From the IMG/VR virus record IMGVR_UViG_3300035698_025354: DNA of 64,000 nucleotides, one strand, 5' to 3'. Shown here in pieces: positions 26,728-36,000 of this stretch; the stretch's first letter is position 1; each line of letters opens with the position of its first letter. A program made the position numbers and the translations under genes. Under the pieces are notes generated by a model. The model searched no databases and was not told where the DNA came from. It worked only from the letters and a program-made list of their open reading frames with translations. The DNA is from a virus (taxonomy: Duplodnaviria; Heunggongvirae; Uroviricota; Caudoviricetes).

Positions 26728-27180
26728 ATGAACAAAACAGATTGTTGTATATCTTCAAACAGAATAAAATTTAAACCAAGCCATCTGTCGAGAATAAAAG
26801 AATTGACGGAGGTTTTTGAAAATGACGACTTTGAATTAGTTAAATTATTCTTCAATCTATCACCTGAAATGTTTTGTGTATTGTCAAGAGATTTCAGATT
26901 TATCAAAACAAATAAATCATGGCAATCGATTCTGGGGTGGTCAACACAAGATCTTACAGATAAATCAGTTCTTGATTTTATCCATAAGGACGATATTGAA
27001 TGTATTAAGAATGCGTTTAATTCATATGATGTTGACCCAGTTACAGTCATTTTGCGTTGTAAAATTAAAAAAGATGGATATAAAAATTTAGAATGGAACA
27101 TATTATTTTGGAAAGATGAAAGATTTTATGCTGTTGTGAGAGAAGCATCTTCAAAATGCGTGAAATGTGCGTCTAAATAA
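26728..27180 (+). CDS. PAS-domain protein
   Basis: LSPEMFCVLSRDFRFIKTNKSWQSILGWSTQDLTDKSVLDFIHKDDIE followed by beta-strand-like segments matches a PAS fold. About 150 aa, single domain. Confidence 0.55.
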   Translation: MNKTDCCISSNRIKFKPSHLSRIKELTEVFENDDFELVKLFFNLSPEMFCVLSRDFRFIKTNKSWQSILGWSTQDLTDKSVLDFIHKDDIECIKNAFNSYDVDPVTVILRCKIKKDGYKNLEWNILFWKDERFYAVVREASSKCVKCASK

Positions 27181-27193
27181 GATTGGTTATCGT

Positions 27194-27601
27194 ATGCCTA
27201 TGCCAACAAGGTCTTCTAGCGATAGTTGGAATGAGTACAAAAGACTAGTTCTATCAGAATTACAACGATTAAACGATTGTGCTGAAAAATTACGTACAGA
27301 CCAAGAAAAATTAAGAATTGAAATGTCAAAAAGCTATGATATTATTTATAAATCAACAGATGAAAAAATAAAGACTTGTGGTGAAGCAATAATGTTAGCT
27401 AATGCTGAAAGAGTAGAACAATATTCTAATTCTATACAAAAAGATATGTCTGATTTAAATGCTAAAATTAACGCCTTAAATGAAACTATTGAAAAATCGG
27501 GTGTTCAAGAATTGAAAAAACATAGCATAACATTTTGGACTTCAATTATAACAGCACTTGTGGCTGTTATAACAATCATTGGATCTATGCTTCTTAAATA
27601 A
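27194..27601 (+). CDS. coiled-coil protein with C-terminal transmembrane anchor
   Basis: Long K/E/L heptad region, then FWTSIITALVAVITIIGSMLL at the extreme C-terminus. ATG at 27194 (an in-frame GTG at 27167 is possible). Confidence 0.45.
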   Translation: MPMPTRSSSDSWNEYKRLVLSELQRLNDCAEKLRTDQEKLRIEMSKSYDIIYKSTDEKIKTCGEAIMLANAERVEQYSNSIQKDMSDLNAKINALNETIEKSGVQELKKHSITFWTSIITALVAVITIIGSMLLK

Positions 27602-27619
27602 AAATGTATTAAATATGGT

Positions 27620-28720
27620 ATGATCCAAATTAAGAAAAATTTTAAAAATATTCCCCCCCAAGCTATAGAAAGATGGGTGGATAAAAATTTTGACTATAAA
27701 AAGAGAAAAGGTAAAAATGGAGAAGAACTATTAATAGAAAATCCATTTTATCATAATGATAATAAAAAGTTTAATATCTCTCTGAGTAGAGCTGCATGCC
27801 ATGATTGGAGAGGAGATGAATGGGCCGGACCAATAAATCCGGAAACAGGGAAAAGAAATTGCTCATTTATAAAATTTGTCAGATTATATAATAAATGCTC
27901 GTATAAAGAGGCATTGGAAGATATCCTTGGTGACAAGGAAGACATTAGAGACTTTCTGAAACCAGAAGGCCGAATGACGGATAAGGAAGCCCAGAAAAAG
28001 GTATCTGTTGCTCTTCCTAATGGTGCAAGATTATTATCGAACGCTAATGACACACAAGCAAATGCTCTTAAAAAATGGCTAAATACTAGGGGATATTCGG
28101 AAGAAGATATTTCGAAAAATGAATTGTACTATCTTGGAATGGAAGTCTATTGGCCATACTATGAATTCGACACATTAATATACTGGCAAAGCAGATCACG
28201 TGTTAACAAAAGATTTAACTTTCCATCATTAGAAGTGTATGATAAAGATGGAAAAGTGGTTGGAATTACAGACGGGACAAAAGGAGATTTTTTATATGGA
28301 TTCGATGACATAGAAGCAGCCTCATATGTTATTATAACTGAAGCAATATTTGATAAGCATATCTTGGGAGAACAAACACTGGCGTCCGGTGGAGCAGTGG
28401 TCACAGATAATCAAATAAAAAAACTAAAAATACTTGGACCTAAGAAAGGAGTGATATTGTCTCCAGATAATGATAAAGCCGGGATTAATAGTATAATTAG
28501 CAATGTTAATCTTTTGTCAAGACACGGTCTAAAAATATACTTTTCAATACCACCAAGAATTAAATATATAAAAAAGGGTGAAAAATTGATGACTAAAGAT
28601 TGGAATGAATTTTTCACTGAGTTAAATATGTCAACAGATGAAATTAGAAAAATTCACGATAAAAATATAAAATCAGCTAACACAATGGAACTGGTGAAAT
28701 TGCGGAAGATTTTGAAATAA
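27620..28720 (+). CDS. DnaG-type DNA primase (TOPRIM domain)
   Basis: TOPRIM signature: conserved Glu in VIITEAIFD and DxD in ILSPDNDKAG. A Cys/His-rich N-terminal region is a possible zinc-binding domain. Confidence 0.5.
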   Translation: MIQIKKNFKNIPPQAIERWVDKNFDYKKRKGKNGEELLIENPFYHNDNKKFNISLSRAACHDWRGDEWAGPINPETGKRNCSFIKFVRLYNKCSYKEALEDILGDKEDIRDFLKPEGRMTDKEAQKKVSVALPNGARLLSNANDTQANALKKWLNTRGYSEEDISKNELYYLGMEVYWPYYEFDTLIYWQSRSRVNKRFNFPSLEVYDKDGKVVGITDGTKGDFLYGFDDIEAASYVIITEAIFDKHILGEQTLASGGAVVTDNQIKKLKILGPKKGVILSPDNDKAGINSIISNVNLLSRHGLKIYFSIPPRIKYIKKGEKLMTKDWNEFFTELNMSTDEIRKIHDKNIKSANTMELVKLRKILK

Positions 28721-29323
28721 TTATGAAAGAATCAGCCCAACAGCTTTTTCTAATTTTAAGACAAGTGGATAAATTGGGTCATCTTTTTCGATTTTTTTAA
28801 TCGTATTTGCCGTGGTTATGAAGGACCCGCTATAGTTTGATCTAAAACATCCGTCTGAGCAGAAAATTAAATTAAAAAAAGTATGGTCGTCACCGATTTC
28901 ATCCTTATATGATTTTTTGGTTTCAATCCTTAATCGTAAACCTGGATAACATTCTGGATGTTGTAGACGATTTTCGTCGATTTTTTTATATGATTTATTA
29001 TTTAAGTCAATTTCTACCCATTGCGGATCTTGGCATTTGTTTTGTGTTCCGATAATGGCTGCGATTGTCGCTAATTTTTGCAGAGTATGATCTGTTATCG
29101 GTTTATAATCATATTGATTGACGTATCCTTTTTCTTGCTTTTTATAAGTGGCACTAGAAATCCACGATTCAGCTTGGTAGTCTGTTGGGAATGGTTTGGT
29201 TTTTGATTGTCCTTTTGTTCCTATTCTCCCCCATTTTGTTGTGACGATTTTAGTGCTTTTGTTGTATTCTGCGATCCAAAATTTATTATGGATATCGTCT
29301 TGATGAATTAGTATTGTTTTCAT
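28721..29323 (-). CDS. WGR-domain protein
   Basis: FWIAEYNKSTKIVTTKWGRIGTKGQSKTK matches the WGR (Trp-Gly-Arg) domain signature. 200 aa. Abuts the primase stop convergently with zero spacing. Confidence 0.5.
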   Translation of the reverse strand: MKTILIHQDDIHNKFWIAEYNKSTKIVTTKWGRIGTKGQSKTKPFPTDYQAESWISSATYKKQEKGYVNQYDYKPITDHTLQKLATIAAIIGTQNKCQDPQWVEIDLNNKSYKKIDENRLQHPECYPGLRLRIETKKSYKDEIGDDHTFFNLIFCSDGCFRSNYSGSFITTANTIKKIEKDDPIYPLVLKLEKAVGLILS

Positions 29324-29583
29324 TATTCTCTCAATGAATGGATTTTGCCAATGGTCGCTATTTTTAGATTATTGGTGGTTGCCCATTTTTTTATTTTATT
29401 TAGTCTTTTTATTGATAATTTTTCGGTGTCCCCTAACTCAATCATACCTGTTATTGAGTTAGGGGTACTGCCGCCGCCAAATAAACAATCATTTAGTTCG
29501 ATAGCTTCGTCGATGAATCTGTATATCATATTTTCATTAGTGTCAAATTCAAGACTGATTTCAACTCCGAAGATATCTTTCAT
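29323..29583 (-). CDS. hypothetical small protein
   Basis: 86 aa, translationally coupled (ATGA overlap) to the WGR gene, same strand. Confidence 0.4.
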   Translation of the reverse strand: MKDIFGVEISLEFDTNENMIYRFIDEAIELNDCLFGGGSTPNSITGMIELGDTEKLSIKRLNKIKKWATTNNLKIATIGKIHSLRE

Positions 29584-29585
29584 TT

Positions 29586-30782
29586 TTACTTGCTTTCGTT
29601 CAGTGGGATTGTTGCTCGAACTCCAAAACTTCCGGGTGATTTATCCATGTCTATCCAGAGAGTTCCTTGTCCGGCGAAGATTAATTGTAATTTAACATCA
29701 CTTGGTAGGTTTGTTGCGAAATACCAGTTGTTGTATGCCTTGGCGGTGCCAAATGCTTCCACTGCTAATCTGAATCTGTCAGATTTGGCCTCTTCGATAA
29801 GAAGTTTTCCGTCATTTTCAGCTTTTCCAAGTATTTCAACCGCTTGTGCCTTTAATTCTTCTGTTTCTTTTTTAATTGACGCAATTTGTCTTTGGGTGTC
29901 GGCTCGAATTCCTTCTGCTTTACGATTTCCACCCGCATGTTTTGATGCGACTAATCTTAATGTTTCTACTTCAACCGTTTTTGTTGCTAAAGTGACATTT
30001 TCTTCTGCCTCTCTTAATTTTCCTTCCTCTTTGGCCGTGATTTGTTGTTGTTGTCTTGTTAAGGTGTTTTCATCTGCAATAAAGCTTTGTTGAATTGGCT
30101 CACGAACTTCTTTTGGAACGTAGACATGTCTAACAAGGCCGTATAACACGGTAATTTGTTTATTATCTAATACTGAATGAAATTCTGAAACGATTGATCC
30201 TTGAAAAATTTCTCGTTCATTCCCAACTAGCAATTCGACTGCTTTATATTCAGATCCATTATTTCTGCAGATCGATTCAATTTGCGGGATAACAATTTTT
30301 TCTTCTACCATATCAACATTACCGATGGTCCGAACAGCATGGGCCGCTTGATCTGGCATTAAACCCCAGATTGCCGTAAAGTCAATGTGCATTTTAAACC
30401 CATCACTTGATGGGAATTCAATACCACTACTTGCGTCGGCAATTATTGGCTCACCTGATATTTCATCGGCGACGGTTTTACCATCTTTATCGTGTTTTAC
30501 TTCTGTTTGAACTGTAGAATGCGTGTATCCAATTTCTACAATATCAATGTTTTGTTCACGACCATTGATTGGATAAATTCCAGGTGGTAAAACGTTGTTT
30601 TGGACTCCCTTTATCATTTTAGTGGTCGGGTCGTCTGATAAATTTGTAACAACTCCGACATATCCTGTTGGGATATTAACCCATCCAGCGACTTTCTTTT
30701 GATTACCACTTTCAAATTCTTGGAGTTGCACAATTTCCACTGTATATCCGTATGGATTGACTCGATACCGACCGGGATGCAA
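29586..30782 (-). CDS. SPFH/band-7 (prohibitin/flotillin-like) protein with long C-terminal coiled coil; N-terminus truncated by a foreign segment
   Basis: SPFH-like core then a Q/E/K/A-rich coiled coil. Homology to its upstream paralog continues in-frame to ~30899 with no start codon, ending at a stop at the GC-rich junction. The track start at 30782 is a TTG. Confidence 0.55.
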   Translation of the reverse strand: MHPGRYRVNPYGYTVEIVQLQEFESGNQKKVAGWVNIPTGYVGVVTNLSDDPTTKMIKGVQNNVLPPGIYPINGREQNIDIVEIGYTHSTVQTEVKHDKDGKTVADEISGEPIIADASSGIEFPSSDGFKMHIDFTAIWGLMPDQAAHAVRTIGNVDMVEEKIVIPQIESICRNNGSEYKAVELLVGNEREIFQGSIVSEFHSVLDNKQITVLYGLVRHVYVPKEVREPIQQSFIADENTLTRQQQQITAKEEGKLREAEENVTLATKTVEVETLRLVASKHAGGNRKAEGIRADTQRQIASIKKETEELKAQAVEILGKAENDGKLLIEEAKSDRFRLAVEAFGTAKAYNNWYFATNLPSDVKLQLIFAGQGTLWIDMDKSPGSFGVRATIPLNESK

Positions 30783-30910
30783 AACTTTTCTTAAAATCCC
30801 TTTGAATTTTGTGTCTCCAACATCACCATCAACTAAGTATTGTCCAGATGGGAGATCATTGCCAAGTTTGCATGTTACAATTCCAACTGATCCTGGCTGT
30901 TACCCGGACG

Positions 30911-31348
30911 TTAAGTTGTCGCGGTCCCTGACGGGGCCATGTCGAGCAGATCGTTATAGGCATCCCAGCTGTCCAGGCTGGTCGGCAGGTAACGTCCGGT
31001 GTCAGCCTTCAGAACTTCCAGATTACCGTGAAACGCCAACATAAAAGCTTCGATACCGTGCCTTCCGTAATGTTCTGGGGTTCCATTAGCAGCGTCCCAA
31101 AACTGCCTAAGACTGCCCTGCATTAAAACCGATCCGCGTGGGTCACATGGAATTCTGGATCCGGGGCACTTGTACGGCATCCATTCGTCTGCATAGAGCG
31201 ACCACCATGGACTGTGAACCGCATAAACACATTCCTGATTCGGATTCTGCAGCCGCTTTACGATGTCGGTCTGTGTCGATCGGCCTGTCAGCCGAAAGCG
31301 TTTGCCCTCTTTCGTAGCAATGTAAATCATGACTGTTCCTTTCATCAA
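30911..31348 (-). CDS. hypothetical protein encoded within the foreign GC-rich segment (145 aa)
   Basis: Complete ORF (MMKGTVMIYIATKEGKRFRL...) with E. coli-like codon usage. Family not recognised. Confidence 0.5.
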   Translation of the reverse strand: MMKGTVMIYIATKEGKRFRLTGRSTQTDIVKRLQNPNQECVYAVHSPWWSLYADEWMPYKCPGSRIPCDPRGSVLMQGSLRQFWDAANGTPEHYGRHGIEAFMLAFHGNLEVLKADTGRYLPTSLDSWDAYNDLLDMAPSGTATT

Positions 31349-31388
31349 AGAGATTCAATTTGTTGACAGGGTAATTGCTATTACCCCG

Positions 31389-31565
31389 TCAGTTTTCCGA
31401 CACGTCGCCTACCACTTGACTGGTAAAATCTTCCGGATCTTCGGCCAGCGGTTCGCCTTCATCCGGTTCATTCCAGGCGTCACGTTCAATCAGTTTTCCT
31501 TTCCAGGCTTCCCGGATTTCGGGGGCACAATGGGCGACCGCATCGGCCCACGTCGGCCATCGGCT
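31389..31565 (-). pseudogene. 3' fragment (~57 codons) of a foreign gene truncated at the junction
   Basis: Frame reads ...WPTWADAVAHCAPEIREAWKGKLIERDAWNEPDEGEPLAEDPEDFTSQVVGDVSEN-stop. There is no start. It runs into the AT-rich boundary. Confidence 0.4.
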
Positions 31566-32509
31566 TCACGTGCCGAAGAATTAGCACCTTGAATCCTACA
31601 AAATGCACGAGCATTTGGCATGATTACTTTTTTGATAATTTCTTCGGCAATTCTACTAGCCCCTGGTGTATCATTTGTTATATCATTATATGTAACATAT
31701 GTATTAGCGGCTTCGTCGGGTTTTACTCGAAATTCAATGATTGCGTCTAAACTGATTGGAAATCCATCTTTTGATGGAAATAACATGTTTCCACCTTGTG
31801 CTAAATTAAATCGCTGTGACCGAGTGTCGATTGTGTTGATGCGAAATTGGTATGGATTAAGATAATATGTTCCCTCATCTAGAGTTTTCTTTTGAGGTCC
31901 ACGTTTTCCTTCTTCTACCAATAATTGGTTTGGATCATCTGGTATAGGCCCAGATAAGTTTGTTACAATGCCTTTATAACCAGCTGGGATAATCTTCGGT
32001 TCCCAAAGTTCAATTATTTCAACATAATCTGATTTACCACGTTCAATGCCGATAATATTTTTATTATCTTTATCAATAGTGATTGCATTAATCGCGTATC
32101 GCCCAGGTCTTAGAACTTCCGCGATGATTCCTTTTGTCTTGTCAGATGTTGCCATGAAATCACCGCGTGGTAAATCTTCTCCATGTAGTCGAATTCGCAC
32201 ACCCATTTTATCGTGTGGGATTTCAATCATTGGGTAAACTGCCCATTTCCACGAATAGCAATTGTAAAAATATCTGCCTTCTGGTAGAACATTGAGTTGT
32301 AACCCTTTATGATCTGCGTCTGGGGCGATTTCTTGATTATTTTCTAAGTCAATACCAGTTTTCTTTGTGAGAACTGAAAAATGCTTTGCTGGTACATCGA
32401 TTCTGAATTGTGTATACGCAAAATATGCGAAAATGCAAAAGAGTAATGAAAGTGCGATTCCAAGCCCTCCCCCAATTTTCATTAATGATAATTTTCTTTT
32501 GTGGTCCAT
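31490..32509 (-). CDS. SPFH/band-7 protein paralog with N-terminal transmembrane segment; C-terminus replaced by the foreign segment
   Basis: N-terminal TM (IGGGLGIALSLLFCIFAYFAY). SPFH core aligns with 29586..30782 (GIIAEVLRPGRY vs KGILRKVLHPGRY). Homology stops at ~31575 and the frame then reads through GC-rich DNA to a stop at 31490. Confidence 0.55.
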   Translation of the reverse strand: MDHKRKLSLMKIGGGLGIALSLLFCIFAYFAYTQFRIDVPAKHFSVLTKKTGIDLENNQEIAPDADHKGLQLNVLPEGRYFYNCYSWKWAVYPMIEIPHDKMGVRIRLHGEDLPRGDFMATSDKTKGIIAEVLRPGRYAINAITIDKDNKNIIGIERGKSDYVEIIELWEPKIIPAGYKGIVTNLSGPIPDDPNQLLVEEGKRGPQKKTLDEGTYYLNPYQFRINTIDTRSQRFNLAQGGNMLFPSKDGFPISLDAIIEFRVKPDEAANTYVTYNDITNDTPGASRIAEEIIKKVIMPNARAFCRIQGANSSAREADGRRGPMRSPIVPPKSGKPGKEN

Positions 32510-32537
32510 TTATTTTTCCGATCTTGTTTGAGATATT

Positions 32538-32564
32538 CATTCTACGTAGAAATTATATAGAATG
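32538..32564. promoter_or_regulatory. palindromic operator-like site upstream of the SPFH gene
   Basis: cattcta-N13-tagaatg inverted repeat containing the perfect 12 bp palindrome ttctacgtagaa. Confidence 0.3.
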
Positions 32565-32573
32565 ATTGAAAAG

Positions 32574-32954
32574 TTATGTGATTTTTTTTGATCCGCTGAT
32601 TATTCCACCGAGTAACCATCCCTCGGATGCTGAAGCCAAGAAATCTACCATGGACATGCCCTTATCTCTTTTTTTAACAGCTTTTTCATGCATAATTCTA
32701 ATATTAGAAGTATATTGCAATAATTTGCGTCCTCTCATTCCGCTTTCCTTAGCTTTTGAAATAGCATCAATAGTGATTTCTTTGTCGTCTTCGTTTAGAC
32801 TTTTGATCCAAGCAATTAATTCTTGTTCAGTCCATTGTTTTTTATTTAGCCCATTATGCTCCTCGATTAATTTGTCAAACATTGTTTTCTCCAAAGAGGT
32901 TATTATTTCGTAATAGTGTTTATTTCCCATAGCGTGCCAGCCATTTTGTTGCAA
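32574..32954 (-). CDS. hypothetical protein, first gene of the minus-strand cassette
   Basis: 126 aa (a start at internal Met is possible). Divergent from the tape measure gene across a 67 bp intergenic region. Confidence 0.4.
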   Translation of the reverse strand: MQQNGWHAMGNKHYYEIITSLEKTMFDKLIEEHNGLNKKQWTEQELIAWIKSLNEDDKEITIDAISKAKESGMRGRKLLQYTSNIRIMHEKAVKKRDKGMSMVDFLASASEGWLLGGIISGSKKIT

Positions 32955-33021
32955 AATAATACCATTTCGTTAAATACATAATAAAATTGAAAAATAAATT
33001 TTATATGGGAATAAAATTTTT

Positions 33022-36000
33022 ATGTCAGTAGATCCAAACATTTACGCACTTAATATGGAATTATCTCTAAGCACTGTAAGTGCGTATAATGAATTAGATA
33101 AATTTGAAAAATCTGTTGTAGATTTGGAAGAAAGTGTATCTTCAGCTGCTCAAAACGCTATAAATGAAATCAGCCGAACAATTGATAATGCCGCTAAAGG
33201 GCTTGATTCAATAGCAGATTCAATCAAAGGAATAAATTCAGAGAGCGATATACTTTCGTCAACTATGTCTGGGATAGGTATAAATACATCAGACTTTGGG
33301 GACAATGTCAGCGATCAAATGGATGATATAAAAAAGTCTATTGATTATTGGCAACAAATACACGATCTTAATGAAGAAATTGTTGACTTTGGGGAACAGG
33401 AATTAGACAGAGTTAACAGTTATATAAAAGTAATCCAACAAATTACAAAAGCAGTTGATACAAAAAATAAATCACATGAAGAAGAATTAGGTTTAGTAGA
33501 ATCTGAATTTCCAGCTCTTCAGGACATATATGATTCATATCTAAATATAGGTTCTGCAGTAGACGACAGTGCTAAGAAAAATAGGAATCTATTTAATATT
33601 ATAAAACAGGTCGTGGATGTATTCGCACGTGCAGACAAAGCTACAGACAATTTCACACAAGCTAATTATAGATTGTATGGGTCTCAGCAGGAAATTATCC
33701 AAAATGTTAGAATATTAAGTGGTGAGCTTGGGGTCACAGAAAGCACGACGATTGCGGCATATAAAGCCCTAGCAGATATTAAGTATCCAAGAGAAGAAAT
33801 AGGGAAATTAGCGGGTGAAATAGGAAGACTGAATTTAATAACTGGATCTTCTGTGGACACTATGGTTTTGTTTACACATGAGATGAGACAATCCGGTTTT
33901 GATGCGGCAGAGACATCGCGTCAATTGAACATAATGGCAGCAGCTCAGCGGTCTTTGGGCTTATCGACATTTGACCTCAATAAAGTCATGCAGGGCTCTG
34001 CATTAACGATATCACAACAGCTATCGATGTTTGGTAAAGATGCACCAGCAGCATTTCAAATGATGGATATGGGATTGCGTGCTATTAGTAAACAAGTTGG
34101 TATGTCTGAGGCAGATATTGTGTCTTGGAACAAATCACTGCAAGCTACAGGTGTTGAAAGTGTGATGATTTGGCAGAGATTGGCTGGGCTGACAGCAGCA
34201 GAAGCGTCAAAGATTGAAAATAGATATGGGGCGATGGGAACAGCAGCTCAAAATTTCGCCAGACAAGCTGGTATGTCTTTAGAATCTTTAGCTGACCCAT
34301 CTGGGATTTCTCAATCACAACAGATAAAATTACAAGCATTAGCTGATGCTTATGAGGTAACTGTAGAGCAAATGTCTTCAATGGCGAGAGCGTCATTAAA
34401 TTTAACAGATGCTCAAAAAGAACAACTTATGACCACTGATGGTCTAAATAAAGTGTTCGAAGAAACTCTCAAACGCCAAAAAATGTGGTCGGAGACACAA
34501 GCTACATTAACAAGACAACTGCAAAAATTGAAAAATAGTCTATCTGTGGTGCTTAATGTGATTTTGCAGCTTGGAGCAGATGCACTTATCCCACTACTTA
34601 AAGTTTTAAATGTTGTTTTAAGTTCTGTCGCCGGATTCATTAATCTGATAAGATCCGCTATAGGTTGGCTTGAAGAATGGATACCTGGATTTGGTTATGT
34701 TGTAAGTGCTGCTAAATTTATGATAGGGTGGGTCCTCATAGCTGGTGCCGCATTTACAGTGTTTTATAAAGTTGGGGCTATACTTGGCGGGTTCTTTAAT
34801 TTTGTAACAACTGGAATGAACGGAATTGCTGGTGTATTCACATCTGGATTTAATATAATCAAAAGTATAACCAGCGGTATAATGCAAGTCCTTAATACGA
34901 TTGTTAAGGGATTGGCTACATCAATTCGTATAATTGGAAAAGCAGCATCAACAGTAATGCTACCATTATTAGCACTTGGTGCAGCTATGCTTATGACTGG
35001 TACTGCAGCATATATGTTGGCACAATCAGTCAAAATAATCGCAGAAGTTGGTTGGGATGCCGTACCAGCGATAATTGGGCTTATAGCTGCTGTGTCTATA
35101 CTTGGTGGTGTGCTAATATTTCTTGGAAGTTTGGCCCAGGGACCAGTTGCATTGGGTATGTTAGCAGTTGGTGCTACTTTAATGATGGTTGGAGCTGCTG
35201 CTTGGCTTGTTGGAGCCGGTGTTGACATGATGGCTAATGCTTTTTTAAAATTAGCACAAGCTGTTGGTATGCTTTCTACTGATGTGTTACCAAATTTTGC
35301 GTCTTCATTATTAAGGGCGTCATATGATATGTTTGAGGCTTCTGTTCTATTGTTACCAGCCGTATTAGCGTTGTTACCTGGAGCTATAATGCTTGGTATT
35401 GTTGGTGGCATCCTTGGATTGTCTCTTTCGATATTTTCTTACGCTATTGGTGCTTTGGGAGATGCTGGTGTCAGATTTGAAGAAGGAATAAAAGGTATTC
35501 TTAATGGGTCTGATCTTATAAACTCAATAAACTGGGGTAAATTTTTAAGTAGTGCTATAGCATTGGCTAAAATTGGTGCTGCGTTATTAGCAGCGTCTGT
35601 TTTATTCACACCTGCTGCGTATATTATCGGGTCAGCTGGATTAATACTCGGTAGTGGGTTAAAATCGATGGCTAAGGGGGCGGAATTAGCTAGTTCAATT
35701 GATTTTGTTGAGTTAGCTAATAATTTAATGGCTGGTGGGCTAGTATTATTATCAGCTGCTCCGATAATAGCTTATGCGTCAGCTGCGATAATGCCAGGTG
35801 GGTTGCTTTTACTGGCCGCTGGTGCTTCATTATTGGTTGGAGCGTCTGCATTGTATGCTGCATCATACTTAATTAATTCATCTGCTGAATACTTAGAGCC
35901 AGCTGCCGCTAAAATAAAAGCAGCTGTTGATATGTTAAAATCATCGTCTGATGACATGCGTGCTTCTGTTGATGATTTGATTGTTTTTGGATCAAGAATG

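Larger units (their letters stand above)
30900..31575. other. GC-rich foreign segment with enterobacterial-like codon usage (possible HGT or assembly chimera)
   Basis: Abrupt switch from AT-rich phage sequence to GC-rich sequence using CCG/CTG/GCC/GAA codons. Boundaries fall where the SPFH paralogs lose homology. Confidence 0.6.

Noticed and set aside
29586-32509. Interpreting the two SPFH ORFs as one gene split by an intron or intein
   Set aside because: The two ORFs overlap in homologous regions (both contain the ...VLxPGRY... core and downstream SPFH segments). They are paralogs rather than halves of one gene. The intervening DNA has foreign composition and its own ORFs, unlike a group I/II intron.
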